Positions 33,199 through 42,012 of a stretch of DNA of 64,000 nt are shown piece after piece; position 1 is the stretch's first letter, and every line of letters begins with the position of its first letter. The stretch comes from an uncultured virus (IMG/VR IMGVR_UViG_3300031994_000077) (lineage: Duplodnaviria; Heunggongvirae; Uroviricota; Caudoviricetes): the IMG/VR virus record IMGVR_UViG_3300031994_000077; one strand, given 5' to 3'. The notes under the pieces were generated by a model that did no database searches, was not told where the DNA came from, and saw nothing but the letters and a program-made list of their open reading frames with translations. Made by a program: the position numbers and the translations under genes.

Positions 33199-33453
33199 TT
33201 ACCATCCAGCACAGCCACAACAAATATCGCAAGTCTCTATAATAATACGAGGATCCTTATATAATTCTTTTAATATTTTATCCTTAGTATAACATTGAAG
33301 CTCTTTAAAAGGCTCTCCGTAGTCAAAGAAATTACTATGATTCTCATCATCAAAGGCACAAGCTTTAAGATACAAATATTGTCCATTTTCTGATTCCCAA
33401 TAAGAAATATTTTCTTTCTGCAAATAATTTTTAATTTCTTTAAATTTCATCAT
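33199..33453 (-). CDS. Hypothetical protein
   Basis: Intact ORF with AGGAG RBS; ends CDICCGCAGW. Confidence 0.65.
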   Translation of the reverse strand: MMKFKEIKNYLQKENISYWESENGQYLYLKACAFDDENHSNFFDYGEPFKELQCYTKDKILKELYKDPRIIIETCDICCGCAGW

Positions 33454-33550
33454 TTTTTTTATCTCCTTTGCTTTTGTGATGTAAGTATATCATAATTGTT
33501 TTAGGATTGCAATATCAGATATTAGATGTTTAACATCTAATAAAAAATGC

Positions 33551-33775
33551 TCACTCCTCAACGGGTGAGCCAATGATTTCATAATAGCAGTTATCATCAG
33601 ACGTATACAATTCAACGCCAGCAGGAGTTTTATTTGTTTCAGCAACGAAAGTCCAATTGTTATAAATCGCATTTTCTGCTGCTTTGATGCCTTGTTTCTT
33701 TGAAGCATAGACACCAACGAGATAGGTATCAACCGCGTCATGTTCAAGGACTACCCACACTTTTTTATTCTTCAT
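33551..33775 (-). CDS. Hypothetical protein
   Basis: Single-gene unit between two palindromes. Confidence 0.7.
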   Translation of the reverse strand: MKNKKVWVVLEHDAVDTYLVGVYASKKQGIKAAENAIYNNWTFVAETNKTPAGVELYTSDDNCYYEIIGSPVEE

Positions 33776-33891
33776 AATCTTATTCTCCTTTTCAATTTGT
33801 AATTGTATTATAGCATACTTTTAAGAAAAGTCAAGCCACAGATATTAGATGTTTAACATCTAATTTCTAAAATAAGAAAACAAGAGGTATA

Positions 33892-34575
33892 TTACCTCTT
33901 GTTATATAATACTCGTTCCATCTTCTTATGTGTGCGGTATGCCTTGGCGACAATTTCTTTCTCAATCATAACGTCTTCAAGCGCTGTATGACTTTCTTCA
34001 AAAGTCAAATCATTGATAATGAATCTATACAGAACTTCGGCAGTCATGCGCGGGCGCGGCGTCTTGTGCGCGGTCATAAATCCATTTTTATTACAGAACT
34101 TAATATATGATGGAGTTTTTGCAAAAGTTTTCGCCATCTTCATACTATCCCAGACTTCGATATTGGGGAGGGCGCGCACGTAATCAAGGCCAGTCAAATA
34201 ACGGACTGTTGTATTTAATGCATCAATATCAAATGCTGCATTGTGCGCGCAGATAGCAATGATATTATATTTGCGGCAGAGTTTCGCAATCTCATTCATA
34301 ATCTCAAAGAAACTGCGCGCGGTGCGGCGATTGTTTGCTAAATCATCATAATATTGCGGCAACTTATTAGCATAATAGGCGCTCTGCATCTTTTCGCGCT
34401 CACCGAAAAAGATTTCACTAACTACGTTAGAAGATGAATAAATCACTTCGCCAGTAGAGGGATAGACAACTGCATAGCCAATATCATAGGTCAGATTATT
34501 ACCACGGGTAACTGCATCGCAGGGCGTAATGTTACAAGTCTCAGTATCCAGTACCATAATTGCGTGCTTCTTCAT
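33892..34575 (-). CDS. DEDD (DnaQ-like) 3'-5' exonuclease, paralog of 29715..30467
   Basis: LDTET, AHNAAFD and ESHTALED motifs. Confidence 0.85.
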   Translation of the reverse strand: MKKHAIMVLDTETCNITPCDAVTRGNNLTYDIGYAVVYPSTGEVIYSSSNVVSEIFFGEREKMQSAYYANKLPQYYDDLANNRRTARSFFEIMNEIAKLCRKYNIIAICAHNAAFDIDALNTTVRYLTGLDYVRALPNIEVWDSMKMAKTFAKTPSYIKFCNKNGFMTAHKTPRPRMTAEVLYRFIINDLTFEESHTALEDVMIEKEIVAKAYRTHKKMERVLYNKR

Positions 34576-34708
34576 TCCTTTATTGCCTTTCTGGTTTGTA
34601 GTGTTGTTCCTTCACTTCATGGGTAGAGTATATCATAAAGTTATGGGAAAAGCAAGTCTTGATGTTAGATGTTAAACATCTAATCTTATGAAAATGAAAT
34701 AACGGTTG

Positions 34709-35116
34709 TTACACCGTTACTTCTCTGTCAAGGTACTGGTTACTGTCATCGGCTTCGGCCGCGGCCTTCTTAGTCGCGCGCAGGGCGCGCTTCTGTTCGC
34801 GCAACCTTGCGGCGGCTTCCTTCTTCTCTGCGCTTGCGGCCTTCTTCGCGGCCTTTTCCTTGCATTCTGCTTCGTAGTCCTCTGCGGCCTTGTAACCATC
34901 GTAGGGAGTATAACCGCCGTTACCTGTCCGAGTGCCACGAGGGATAGCAATCTTTACGGTTACATAACGCTCATTACCTTCTGCATCGAGGAGGGGAAGC
35001 GCGAACTCACCCGCGCCAGTCTGCGGAATAGCAACGTCATACTTCTGGCCGAGAAAATCACGAACGGCTTCATAGATTTCAGAACGGAGAGCATTTTCAA
35101 GAGCGGCTTTAGTCAT
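34709..35116 (-). CDS. Array family B protein
   Basis: FALPLLDAEGNERYVTVK...YDGYKAAEDY then Lys/Ala-rich tail. Confidence 0.75.
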   Translation of the reverse strand: MTKAALENALRSEIYEAVRDFLGQKYDVAIPQTGAGEFALPLLDAEGNERYVTVKIAIPRGTRTGNGGYTPYDGYKAAEDYEAECKEKAAKKAASAEKKEAAARLREQKRALRATKKAAAEADDSNQYLDREVTV

Positions 35117-35533
35117 AATTTTTGCCTTTCTGGTTTTTTAATGTTTTCCTTCATTTGTTGATGTAATTATAGCATACAGTTTCGGGATTGTCAAGAGGTT
35201 ATTTTGATTTTTTTTATTTTTTTTATTTCTTAACCTTTTGAACAATTATATTATAACATAATTTCAGAAAAAAGTCAATAGTTTTTTCTTACAAAAATCG
35301 CGTGTTATTTTTGTGCTATTTTTATGCCGGTGCCTCACCCTCTAAATGAGAGAAAAATGCCGTAAAGGATGAACGCGATTACAAAAGAAAGGATTCCTTG
35401 CCCGATGGTAGCCATATTATATTCCTCTTTTCTTTTTTCTTTTTGTAATTGTATTATACACTATACAAGAATAAAAGTCAATATGAAGTATTAGATGTTT
35501 AACATCTAATCTTTCTTACTAAAAAGAAGAGGA

Positions 35534-35869
35534 TTAGCTCCTCTTCTTGTATACATAAACCTTGTCATTAGACTTGCGGTCGATTACATCGCTCCAATAA
35601 TGGTTAAGGCCATAACTCAGTTTGGAACGGCTGAAATTTTCGGGGAGAGCATCCTTCACGCTTTCATAAAGCTCTGCCGCGGTGACTTCTTCATCGGTCA
35701 TATTTGCGAGAACAACGGCCTTCGCGCGCTCGTAAAGCGCCTTATTCACGGCGGCCTTTTCCGCACCCTTGTTAAGTTCTGCTTCAAGTTCGGCCTTGAT
35801 TTCATCAAGATTCGTCAGAGTAGCGCCATTCAGATAGTTGACGAGAGACTGCATAGTGGACTTCTTCAT
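35534..35869 (-). CDS. Array family A protein
   Basis: TAAELYESVKDALPENFSRSKLSYGL. Confidence 0.8.
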   Translation of the reverse strand: MKKSTMQSLVNYLNGATLTNLDEIKAELEAELNKGAEKAAVNKALYERAKAVVLANMTDEEVTAAELYESVKDALPENFSRSKLSYGLNHYWSDVIDRKSNDKVYVYKKRS

Positions 35870-35946
35870 AATAAAACCCTTTCTGGTTTGTAAGAGTTTT
35901 CCTTCTCTTGTTTACATTATTATTATATCACAGGATTTTGTTTTTG

Positions 35947-36138
35947 TCAAGTATGATCTCGTAAAAAATTGTGAAGTTCATACAGGATTCGTGTTAAGTC
36001 TGCATACAATTGATTTTCTTCTTCTGCGTCTGCATCTTCAATATCTTTAACCCATTCATTGACTAAGTTATAAAAGTCAATAATCTTCTGACGGTCTTGC
36101 CCTTCCATAGTTACTGTGATAGTCTTTTCAATCTTCAT
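35947..36138 (-). CDS. Hypothetical protein
   Basis: Intact ORF with AGGAG RBS. Confidence 0.65.
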   Translation of the reverse strand: MKIEKTITVTMEGQDRQKIIDFYNLVNEWVKDIEDADAEEENQLYADLTRILYELHNFLRDHT

Positions 36139-36248
36139 ATCTTTTAGCTCCTTTCTTTTATGGCTATATTATAATACAAGAAAAGAGAAAAGTCAACTTT
36201 TAGAATTAGATGTTAAACATCTAATCCTTAAAAATAAAAAAACGGCAT

Positions 36249-36755
36249 TCAGGAAGAATGCCGCATAAATTCATTACAAGCGTAATCAATAACGATGCCA
36301 ATGTTATTTTTATAACCAATATTCCACTCGTGTAAATCTTCCACATTATTATATACATATTCTTCTTCATCAATGCTCCAATTGGTCATTCTATCTGAAC
36401 CGATTCCGCCAATTCTGGGCATAATGTAGAACGCGCGCCCATGGCATACAAACTTTGTGATTTTAGCAAAGAGATATTCATATCCATCATCTTCCGCGCG
36501 CTGATAAAATTCGCATTCATCTTCACATCCGCCAAAATATTGAATTTTTGTGGGATTATAGTCAATTTTGACTACATAGTCAGACGTAATCAGAACAACA
36601 CGGCAAGCGCCAGATTCTACACGTACATGACGTTTTTTTGCTTCATTATAACGCTTAATTGCTTTTTCAAAATCATCGGGCATATAACAATTTTTAAGAT
36701 ACTCTGCAATCTGCTGAATAAACTTCTTTGCGCGGACTTCATAACTTGTTTTCAT
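36249..36755 (-). CDS. Small protein-kinase-like (PKL-fold) protein
   Basis: SGACRVV (Gly loop), VVK, DLHEWNIG (catalytic loop) and IDYA. Confidence 0.65.
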   Translation of the reverse strand: MKTSYEVRAKKFIQQIAEYLKNCYMPDDFEKAIKRYNEAKKRHVRVESGACRVVLITSDYVVKIDYNPTKIQYFGGCEDECEFYQRAEDDGYEYLFAKITKFVCHGRAFYIMPRIGGIGSDRMTNWSIDEEEYVYNNVEDLHEWNIGYKNNIGIVIDYACNEFMRHSS

Positions 36756-36870
36756 ATTAGCGCCCTTCTTTCTTTTAGTTGCCTACATTATAACACGTTT
36801 CGGGAAAAAGTCAACAGAGAGACTTAGATGTTAAACATCTAAGTTTTTAAAAATGAAATAAAGGGTGTTA

Positions 36871-37308
36871 TTAACCCTTTATTAAATTTTGTAATACTTC
36901 CATAATATCGCAAGGTTCATAACTTTCGCCGCCCCAATTTGTGCGGTTTTGCGCTTCATCATCAAAGAGGATGCCATCACCGCAAGTTTCCCATTTATTG
37001 ATGCCGTATTTTGTAATTTTTATATAATTCCACTCAACACTCGGCAGATGCTTTTCCAACCAGCTTCTTTTTGTTTCAGCAACTATTTCATTGTAGCTTT
37101 CCGTCCCGCTCTTGCTTAGCCAGCTAATAATCCCAATCTCATAGCCAGCTCGTTGAAGCGTGTTCAGCTTGCGGGCAAGCTGTGACAGATTGACCAGCGG
37201 GCGCGCGACTGCGTAGGGCGTGGGGTCTGATGCGATAAGCATATCAAGCCAGTTATTCACGCCGTAGAGGTCTGCGATAGTGCCGTCCATATCAAACCAT
37301 ATCTTCAT
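36871..37308 (-). CDS. HAD-family phosphatase (5'(3')-nucleotidase-like)
   Basis: FDMDGTIADL, K..WL.KHLP and LFDD motifs. Confidence 0.8.
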   Translation of the reverse strand: MKIWFDMDGTIADLYGVNNWLDMLIASDPTPYAVARPLVNLSQLARKLNTLQRAGYEIGIISWLSKSGTESYNEIVAETKRSWLEKHLPSVEWNYIKITKYGINKWETCGDGILFDDEAQNRTNWGGESYEPCDIMEVLQNLIKG

Positions 37309-37587
37309 TTTCTTTTTATTTCCTTTCCCTTTGATGGTGATAGTATAGCATAGTAAAAGGGAAAAGTCAACGGAAGGGATTAGATGTTAAACATCTAATA
37401 TTATTAGGGAGTGGAATTACTCCCACCCTGTTTCATACTCATTATTATGTTCTTCAAGGTATTTATAGAAGTTTTCCCAATCTTCTTCCAATTCCTTTAA
37501 TTCTTCCTGCGAATAACCTTCCCAAATATCATCTGACATATTATATATCTCCTTTTTTGTTGTTTGGTTCTTTAATTTTAAAAATTG

Positions 37588-37935
37588 TCAATTATTATTA
37601 GAAAAGAACTCACGAATGTTAAACCATTTATCTTCTATTAGATTACCAATTTCATCAATGGTTCCGCCCCATTCGTTTGTCTTGCATCGTACATACTTGC
37701 CTTTCAAATCTTCCCAATATTCTACGCCAACTGTATTCATAATTTTCATTATAGCTACAAGTCCATTACCAGAATTAGCTTTAAATTCTTTAGCGCCTAA
37801 ATATCCATGACCGATACAATATCCGCCATAACAACAACCCCAGCCATCACCTTCAAGTGTTAAATCAAAAGTTAAGCAACCATGATCGGCCATAGAAATA
37901 CGCGTATCTATAATTTTTGCGTTCTCAATATTCAT
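37588..37935 (-). CDS. Hypothetical protein
   Basis: Intact ORF with AGGAG RBS. Confidence 0.75.
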   Translation of the reverse strand: MNIENAKIIDTRISMADHGCLTFDLTLEGDGWGCCYGGYCIGHGYLGAKEFKANSGNGLVAIMKIMNTVGVEYWEDLKGKYVRCKTNEWGGTIDEIGNLIEDKWFNIREFFSNNN

Positions 37936-38057
37936 ATTTATCGCTCCTTTTTTCGGTAGTTTCTTTCTTTATCGTGATTAGAGTATACACTATAATAAGG
38001 AAAAAGTCAACAAGAGAAATTAGATGTTTAACATCTAAGACAAAAACGGCTTAGGGA

Positions 38058-38336
38058 TTATTCAATCCCTAAGTTATTCAAAATTTGAAGCGCTTCTTTA
38101 TAATCTTTCTTGTACGTGTAGTAAAACCAACGTGTATGATTTTTACAGATAATAGAAAGATATTCACCATTGAAAATTTTTCCGCGTCCGAAGCCGCCTG
38201 CGTAGGTGATTTTATAATGTCCGTTTCTCATGTCAATTCTAATCATGTAATTATTACGCCCGTCAACTTTTGATACTAATTCACTGAGACTAGTTTCTTC
38301 AATCAATTCCGCGCACATTTCAAGAATTTTATTCAT
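38058..38336 (-). CDS. Array family C protein
   Basis: SKVDGRNNYMIRID...YYTYKKD. Confidence 0.7.
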   Translation of the reverse strand: MNKILEMCAELIEETSLSELVSKVDGRNNYMIRIDMRNGHYKITYAGGFGRGKIFNGEYLSIICKNHTRWFYYTYKKDYKEALQILNNLGIE

Positions 38337-38708
38337 GGTTTTTATTTCCTTTCTTTTGATGGCGTAAGTATAACATAATGGGAAAAAGAAGTCAAGAGAA
38401 AAAGTTAGATGTTAAACATCTAATTTAAAATGAAATTCGGGATAAATTAAAATTATATATGTTATAGAATAGTAAAAATGAAATAAAATGAAATTACAGG
38501 ATTATAATGAAATAATAGTTATATATAAGAAAAGATATGAAACAAAATGAAATTCTGCATTTTTCTTTTACTTTTTCTTTACTTATATTATATAATATAA
38601 AATAAAAATTGTCAATATTTATCATTAGATGTTTAACATCTAATGTTATTTATTAAGTTTGTTATAAAAATAACAATACCGTTTAATAAAAAAGAAATAG
38701 GCTTTCGC

Positions 38709-39044
38709 CTATTTCCAAATGGTTTTTCCGTTCTGAGTGAAGAACGTTTGATTCCTGTCAACCTTTTTCCTGAGATAGGAAGGAATTTTCTTCGGCCCGC
38801 CGTATATCGCAACCAATTCCCTATAAGTTGTTACATACATTGTAATAATTGTATCTTTTCTTTCATTCTTTACAATCGTGATTCCTGTATCTGTTACGCA
38901 AGTATAAGTGCCTTGTTTGCCCTCTCTAATCTGCGCGGGACTGCGGAAATATTTCTCAATAATTATTTGACCGATTCCAATTTCATTAACGATATGGGAA
39001 ACTCTGTTTGCTCTTTGTACTTCGCAATGATAACTCATTTTCAT
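38709..39044 (-). CDS. Hypothetical protein apparently ending in a true TAG stop
   Basis: The TAG lies in terminator hairpin ATAGGC-GAAA-GCCTAT followed by a T-run. Confidence 0.7.
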   Translation of the reverse strand: MKMSYHCEVQRANRVSHIVNEIGIGQIIIEKYFRSPAQIREGKQGTYTCVTDTGITIVKNERKDTIITMYVTTYRELVAIYGGPKKIPSYLRKKVDRNQTFFTQNGKTIWK

Positions 39045-39178
39045 TTTGTAATACCAACCTTTCTTTTGTTGTTTGGTTCTTTCTTTTTACGATTGTATTA
39101 TATAATGAAATGGGAATTTTGTCAACGGATAGAATTAGATGTTAAACATCTAATTTGGGAATGAAATGAAATGCGGTT

Positions 39179-39427
39179 TCACCGCATTTCAGTAATTGCC
39201 ATTTTTTCATTTTCCATTTTGATTTCATCGGAAATGTATACACGGTCTTTGAAAAAGAATGCGATAACTTCGCCTGTTTCACTATTCATAACGTCTGTTT
39301 CAATACCGCGATTTTCAAACATAGAACGTGCGGTATAGATTGCGCCGAAAGCCGTTTCAAAAGTAAAACCGTAATCATAAACCTTGTGATTGAGATAGCA
39401 AGTGATTTCGTACTTCATGTTTTTCAT
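39179..39427 (-). CDS. Hypothetical protein
   Basis: Single-gene unit. Confidence 0.7.
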   Translation of the reverse strand: MKNMKYEITCYLNHKVYDYGFTFETAFGAIYTARSMFENRGIETDVMNSETGEVIAFFFKDRVYISDEIKMENEKMAITEMR

Positions 39428-39792
39428 TTCCTTTCTTTTTCTTTTGTGATTGTATTATATTCTATTATGGGATAAAAGTCAAGTATTTTTTTTAGATGTT
39501 AAACATCTAATTTGAAAATGAAATGAGAGAATTAGTATTCTCTCATTTCAACGCTATATTTTAGTCCCCATTCTTGTGCAAGTTTACTAGATTCTGCGAA
39601 CTTTCGGGATTTTTCTGCCTCTTCAAAAGTTGCGAACGGCCCATCAAAAACAAAATCAAATTCGTCAATTACATACCATACGGACATTTTTATTTCTCCT
39701 TTATTTGATAAGTTAATTATATTATACTTTTAGGATTTTGTCAATAGGCATTTTTATATATTTAATATTTAAAATATAATATGAAATTCCAA

Positions 39793-39996
39793 TTATTTAG
39801 TGTTATAACTAAATAAGTAACGTACTCCTACACATATTATAAAGAAAGTCCAATAATTGAAATGCGCGGCATTGAAAGTATCTGCAAGAACGCGATTCCA
39901 TACAATAGTAAAAAGTGCGGCAGGAAAGGCTACATGTGCGAGAAAATTACCAATAATATGAGCGATAATTTTGCAACATTTTTCTTTATTTTCCAT
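39793..39996 (-). CDS. Small membrane protein
   Basis: Start at MENKEK after AGGAG. Confidence 0.6.
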   Translation of the reverse strand: MENKEKCCKIIAHIIGNFLAHVAFPAALFTIVWNRVLADTFNAAHFNYWTFFIICVGVRYLFSYNTK

Positions 39997-40124
39997 AACT
40001 AATTCTCCTTTTGGTTTTAGGACTTTTTTCTTATTCTTTATTGTGATTATATTATAATAGTTTAGAAATGAAATGTCAAGTTTTATTTTAGATGTTAAAC
40101 ATCTAAAATAAAATAAAAGAGGGA

Positions 40125-40319
40125 TTACTCCCTCGTATCTCTCCACTCCCAAGGAAAAAGAAGTTGCGTATGAAATGGCCTACCATAGTCAATCATGTTA
40201 AAAAACTCTGCGATTTTGCTGGTGATAAATACGTGCCACGGAACGGCGGAAATATACGTTTCTCCATCATCATATACTTCAATGATTGCCTTACGATACG
40301 CCATAATTTTCCGCAACAT
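40125..40319 (-). CDS. Hypothetical protein
   Basis: Single-gene unit with leader hairpin. Confidence 0.65.
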   Translation of the reverse strand: MLRKIMAYRKAIIEVYDDGETYISAVPWHVFITSKIAEFFNMIDYGRPFHTQLLFPWEWRDTRE

Positions 40320-40595
40320 TCTTAATCTCCTTTTGGTTTTTAAAAGTTATCCTTCTTTTATTTTGTAACTATATTATATAAGAGTAATTGAAAGAAGTCA
40401 ATAGATAAGAATAGATGTTAAACATCTAATATTATACAAGTCTTTTATATCTTTAATTAAATAATAATAATCGCCTTGTCTTGTCGTGCGCTTATACCTT
40501 ATTGCTATCTATTTAACCTTCTTATCCTATCAAAGGTTTTATCTATTACTTAACAATTAAGTTACGTCATAGCATTGTATGCTATGACGTATTAC

Positions 40596-40835
40596 TTACC
40601 TATACTTCTCCATGCTCCGAACCATTCCATAGATAAAGTCATTCAATTCTTCTTCTGTATACACTATCATATCATTGATTGATTCATTGTGTATAACAAT
40701 CTCATAGACACGACTGTAAGTGTACTTTCTCCAATGGCGCGCCCGCATCTCTCGTGCGATAGCATCTTCAATGAACTCCCACATCGGTGTACCATAGTAG
40801 ATAGCGGTGTAAACATTTGATAGCTTAATCTTCAT
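40596..40835 (-). CDS. Hypothetical protein
   Basis: AGGAG RBS; terminator TACGTCATAGCA...TGCTATGACGTA. Confidence 0.65.
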   Translation of the reverse strand: MKIKLSNVYTAIYYGTPMWEFIEDAIAREMRARHWRKYTYSRVYEIVIHNESINDMIVYTEEELNDFIYGMVRSMEKYR

Positions 40836-41231
40836 GGCGTTTAGCTCCTTTGCTTTTTCTTCTTCGCTTAGATTATATCACATTTTGTAGCTTGTGTCAA
40901 TACTTTTTCTCGCTTGCCAGCTTGCTTTTTAGTTGTAGCTTGCCAGCTTGCTTCCAGCTCGCCTGCGCAATAGGCGGCCCTGTGGTGCGCTGTTTGGCCT
41001 TCGCTTGCCCGCGCCTGCCCTGCGCTGTTCGGTGGCGCGCCCATGGGCTTCCACACAATTTGTATGTGATGCTATTTGTGTGTATCATCTTCATCTTTTT
41101 GCCCTCTTTTCGTCTCTTTTCATAGTCTATTATACACTTTTTTACGCAAAAGTCAACGAGGGAAGTTAGATGTTAAACATCTAATATATACATTTTGTGT
41201 GTGTTAGTTAGATAAAACTAACATATGTGTG

Positions 41232-41333
41232 TTATATAACTTAAGTTATATATTCTTGTATGTATAACTTAAGTTATATATTATGTATCATATAACTTAA
41301 GTTATTTATCGTGTTATATAACTTAAGTTATTT
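41232..41333. repeat. Four copies of palindrome TATAACTTAAGTTAT(A)
   Basis: Near 41232, 41263, 41291 and 41316; a fifth copy is at 24661. Confidence 0.8.
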
Positions 41334-41391
41334 ATCCGTAACATGTTAGATGTACCTAACAGATACGCATAGAAAAAGGGTCTATTGCTTT

Positions 41392-41700
41392 TCAGCAATA
41401 GACCAGAGACATGTCAGACCATTTAAGAATGCTGATTTGATTGCATTTTCTTCCAATATCGAGCGCTTCCTTTTTAGTGCTAACACGCTTACTTTTATCA
41501 ATATAATAAATACCGTCACTGTACCAGACGCCACAAGTGCCATTATATTGCTTTATGGCTTTCATAGCTTCCAGCGGCGTTTTGCACTCTTTGCCCTCCG
41601 TAGCGACTTGATAACCGCTCTTATACGTTATAGCTTTCCCATTTTTCAAGGTCAATCCGTCATTATTTTCCAGCTTGCGAATCGTGCGAATATTAATCAT
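41392..41700 (-). CDS. Hypothetical protein
   Basis: GGAGG RBS, intact ORF. Confidence 0.75.
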   Translation of the reverse strand: MINIRTIRKLENNDGLTLKNGKAITYKSGYQVATEGKECKTPLEAMKAIKQYNGTCGVWYSDGIYYIDKSKRVSTKKEALDIGRKCNQISILKWSDMSLVYC

Positions 41701-41737
41701 GGTTTAATCCTCCATTCTTTGAGTGGATATAGAGGCT

Positions 41738-41953
41738 TTACGCCTCTATATCCTCGTTCTCTGCCAGCTCTCTAAATTGTACTGTTTTGAAGTTTGGAAG
41801 CGTCAATCCAATGGCCCAATAATAAATAGCCGGATCATCTTCATATAAAATTCGCGCGCCCTGTGCTTTTAATTCTTCGATCTGCTTTAAAACTTCTTTG
41901 TGGGTCAATAGTGTAGCTTTAGTCCCATCAATACGGATGTACCTAGTTTTCAT
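41738..41953 (-). CDS. Hypothetical protein
   Basis: GGAGG RBS, intact ORF. Confidence 0.65.
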   Translation of the reverse strand: MKTRYIRIDGTKATLLTHKEVLKQIEELKAQGARILYEDDPAIYYWAIGLTLPNFKTVQFRELAENEDIEA

Positions 41954-42012
41954 AGCTTGTATCCTCCTCTTATTCGTCGGTTAGTTGGATGGGAAGGGAA
42001 GAGCCCGAAGGC

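Larger units (their letters stand above)
25371..41184. repeat. 27 dispersed copies of palindrome TTAGATGTT(A/T)AACATCTAA delimiting short expression units
   Basis: Starts at 25371, 25691, 26280, 27004, 27577, 27974, 28821, 29672, 30556, 31389, 31987, 32785, 33522, 33845, 34665, 35491, 36206, 36824, 37380, 38020, 38405, 38625, 39135, 39492, 40088, 40411 (1 mismatch) and 41166. Confidence 0.95.

Noticed and set aside
27032..35893. Long plus-strand ORFs 27032, 27995, 32080, 34706 and 35600
   Set aside because: They are antisense shadows of codon-biased minus-strand genes that have RBS, promoter and paralogs.
40868..41169. Overlapping ORFs 40850, 40868, 40897 and 40948
   Set aside because: They are mutually overlapping frames across CCAGCT repeats and none can be supported as the real gene.
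25371..41184. CRISPR array interpretation of the repeated palindrome
   Set aside because: The intervening segments are 200-870 bp and contain promoters and genes, the repeat is only 19 bp, and no cas genes are present.
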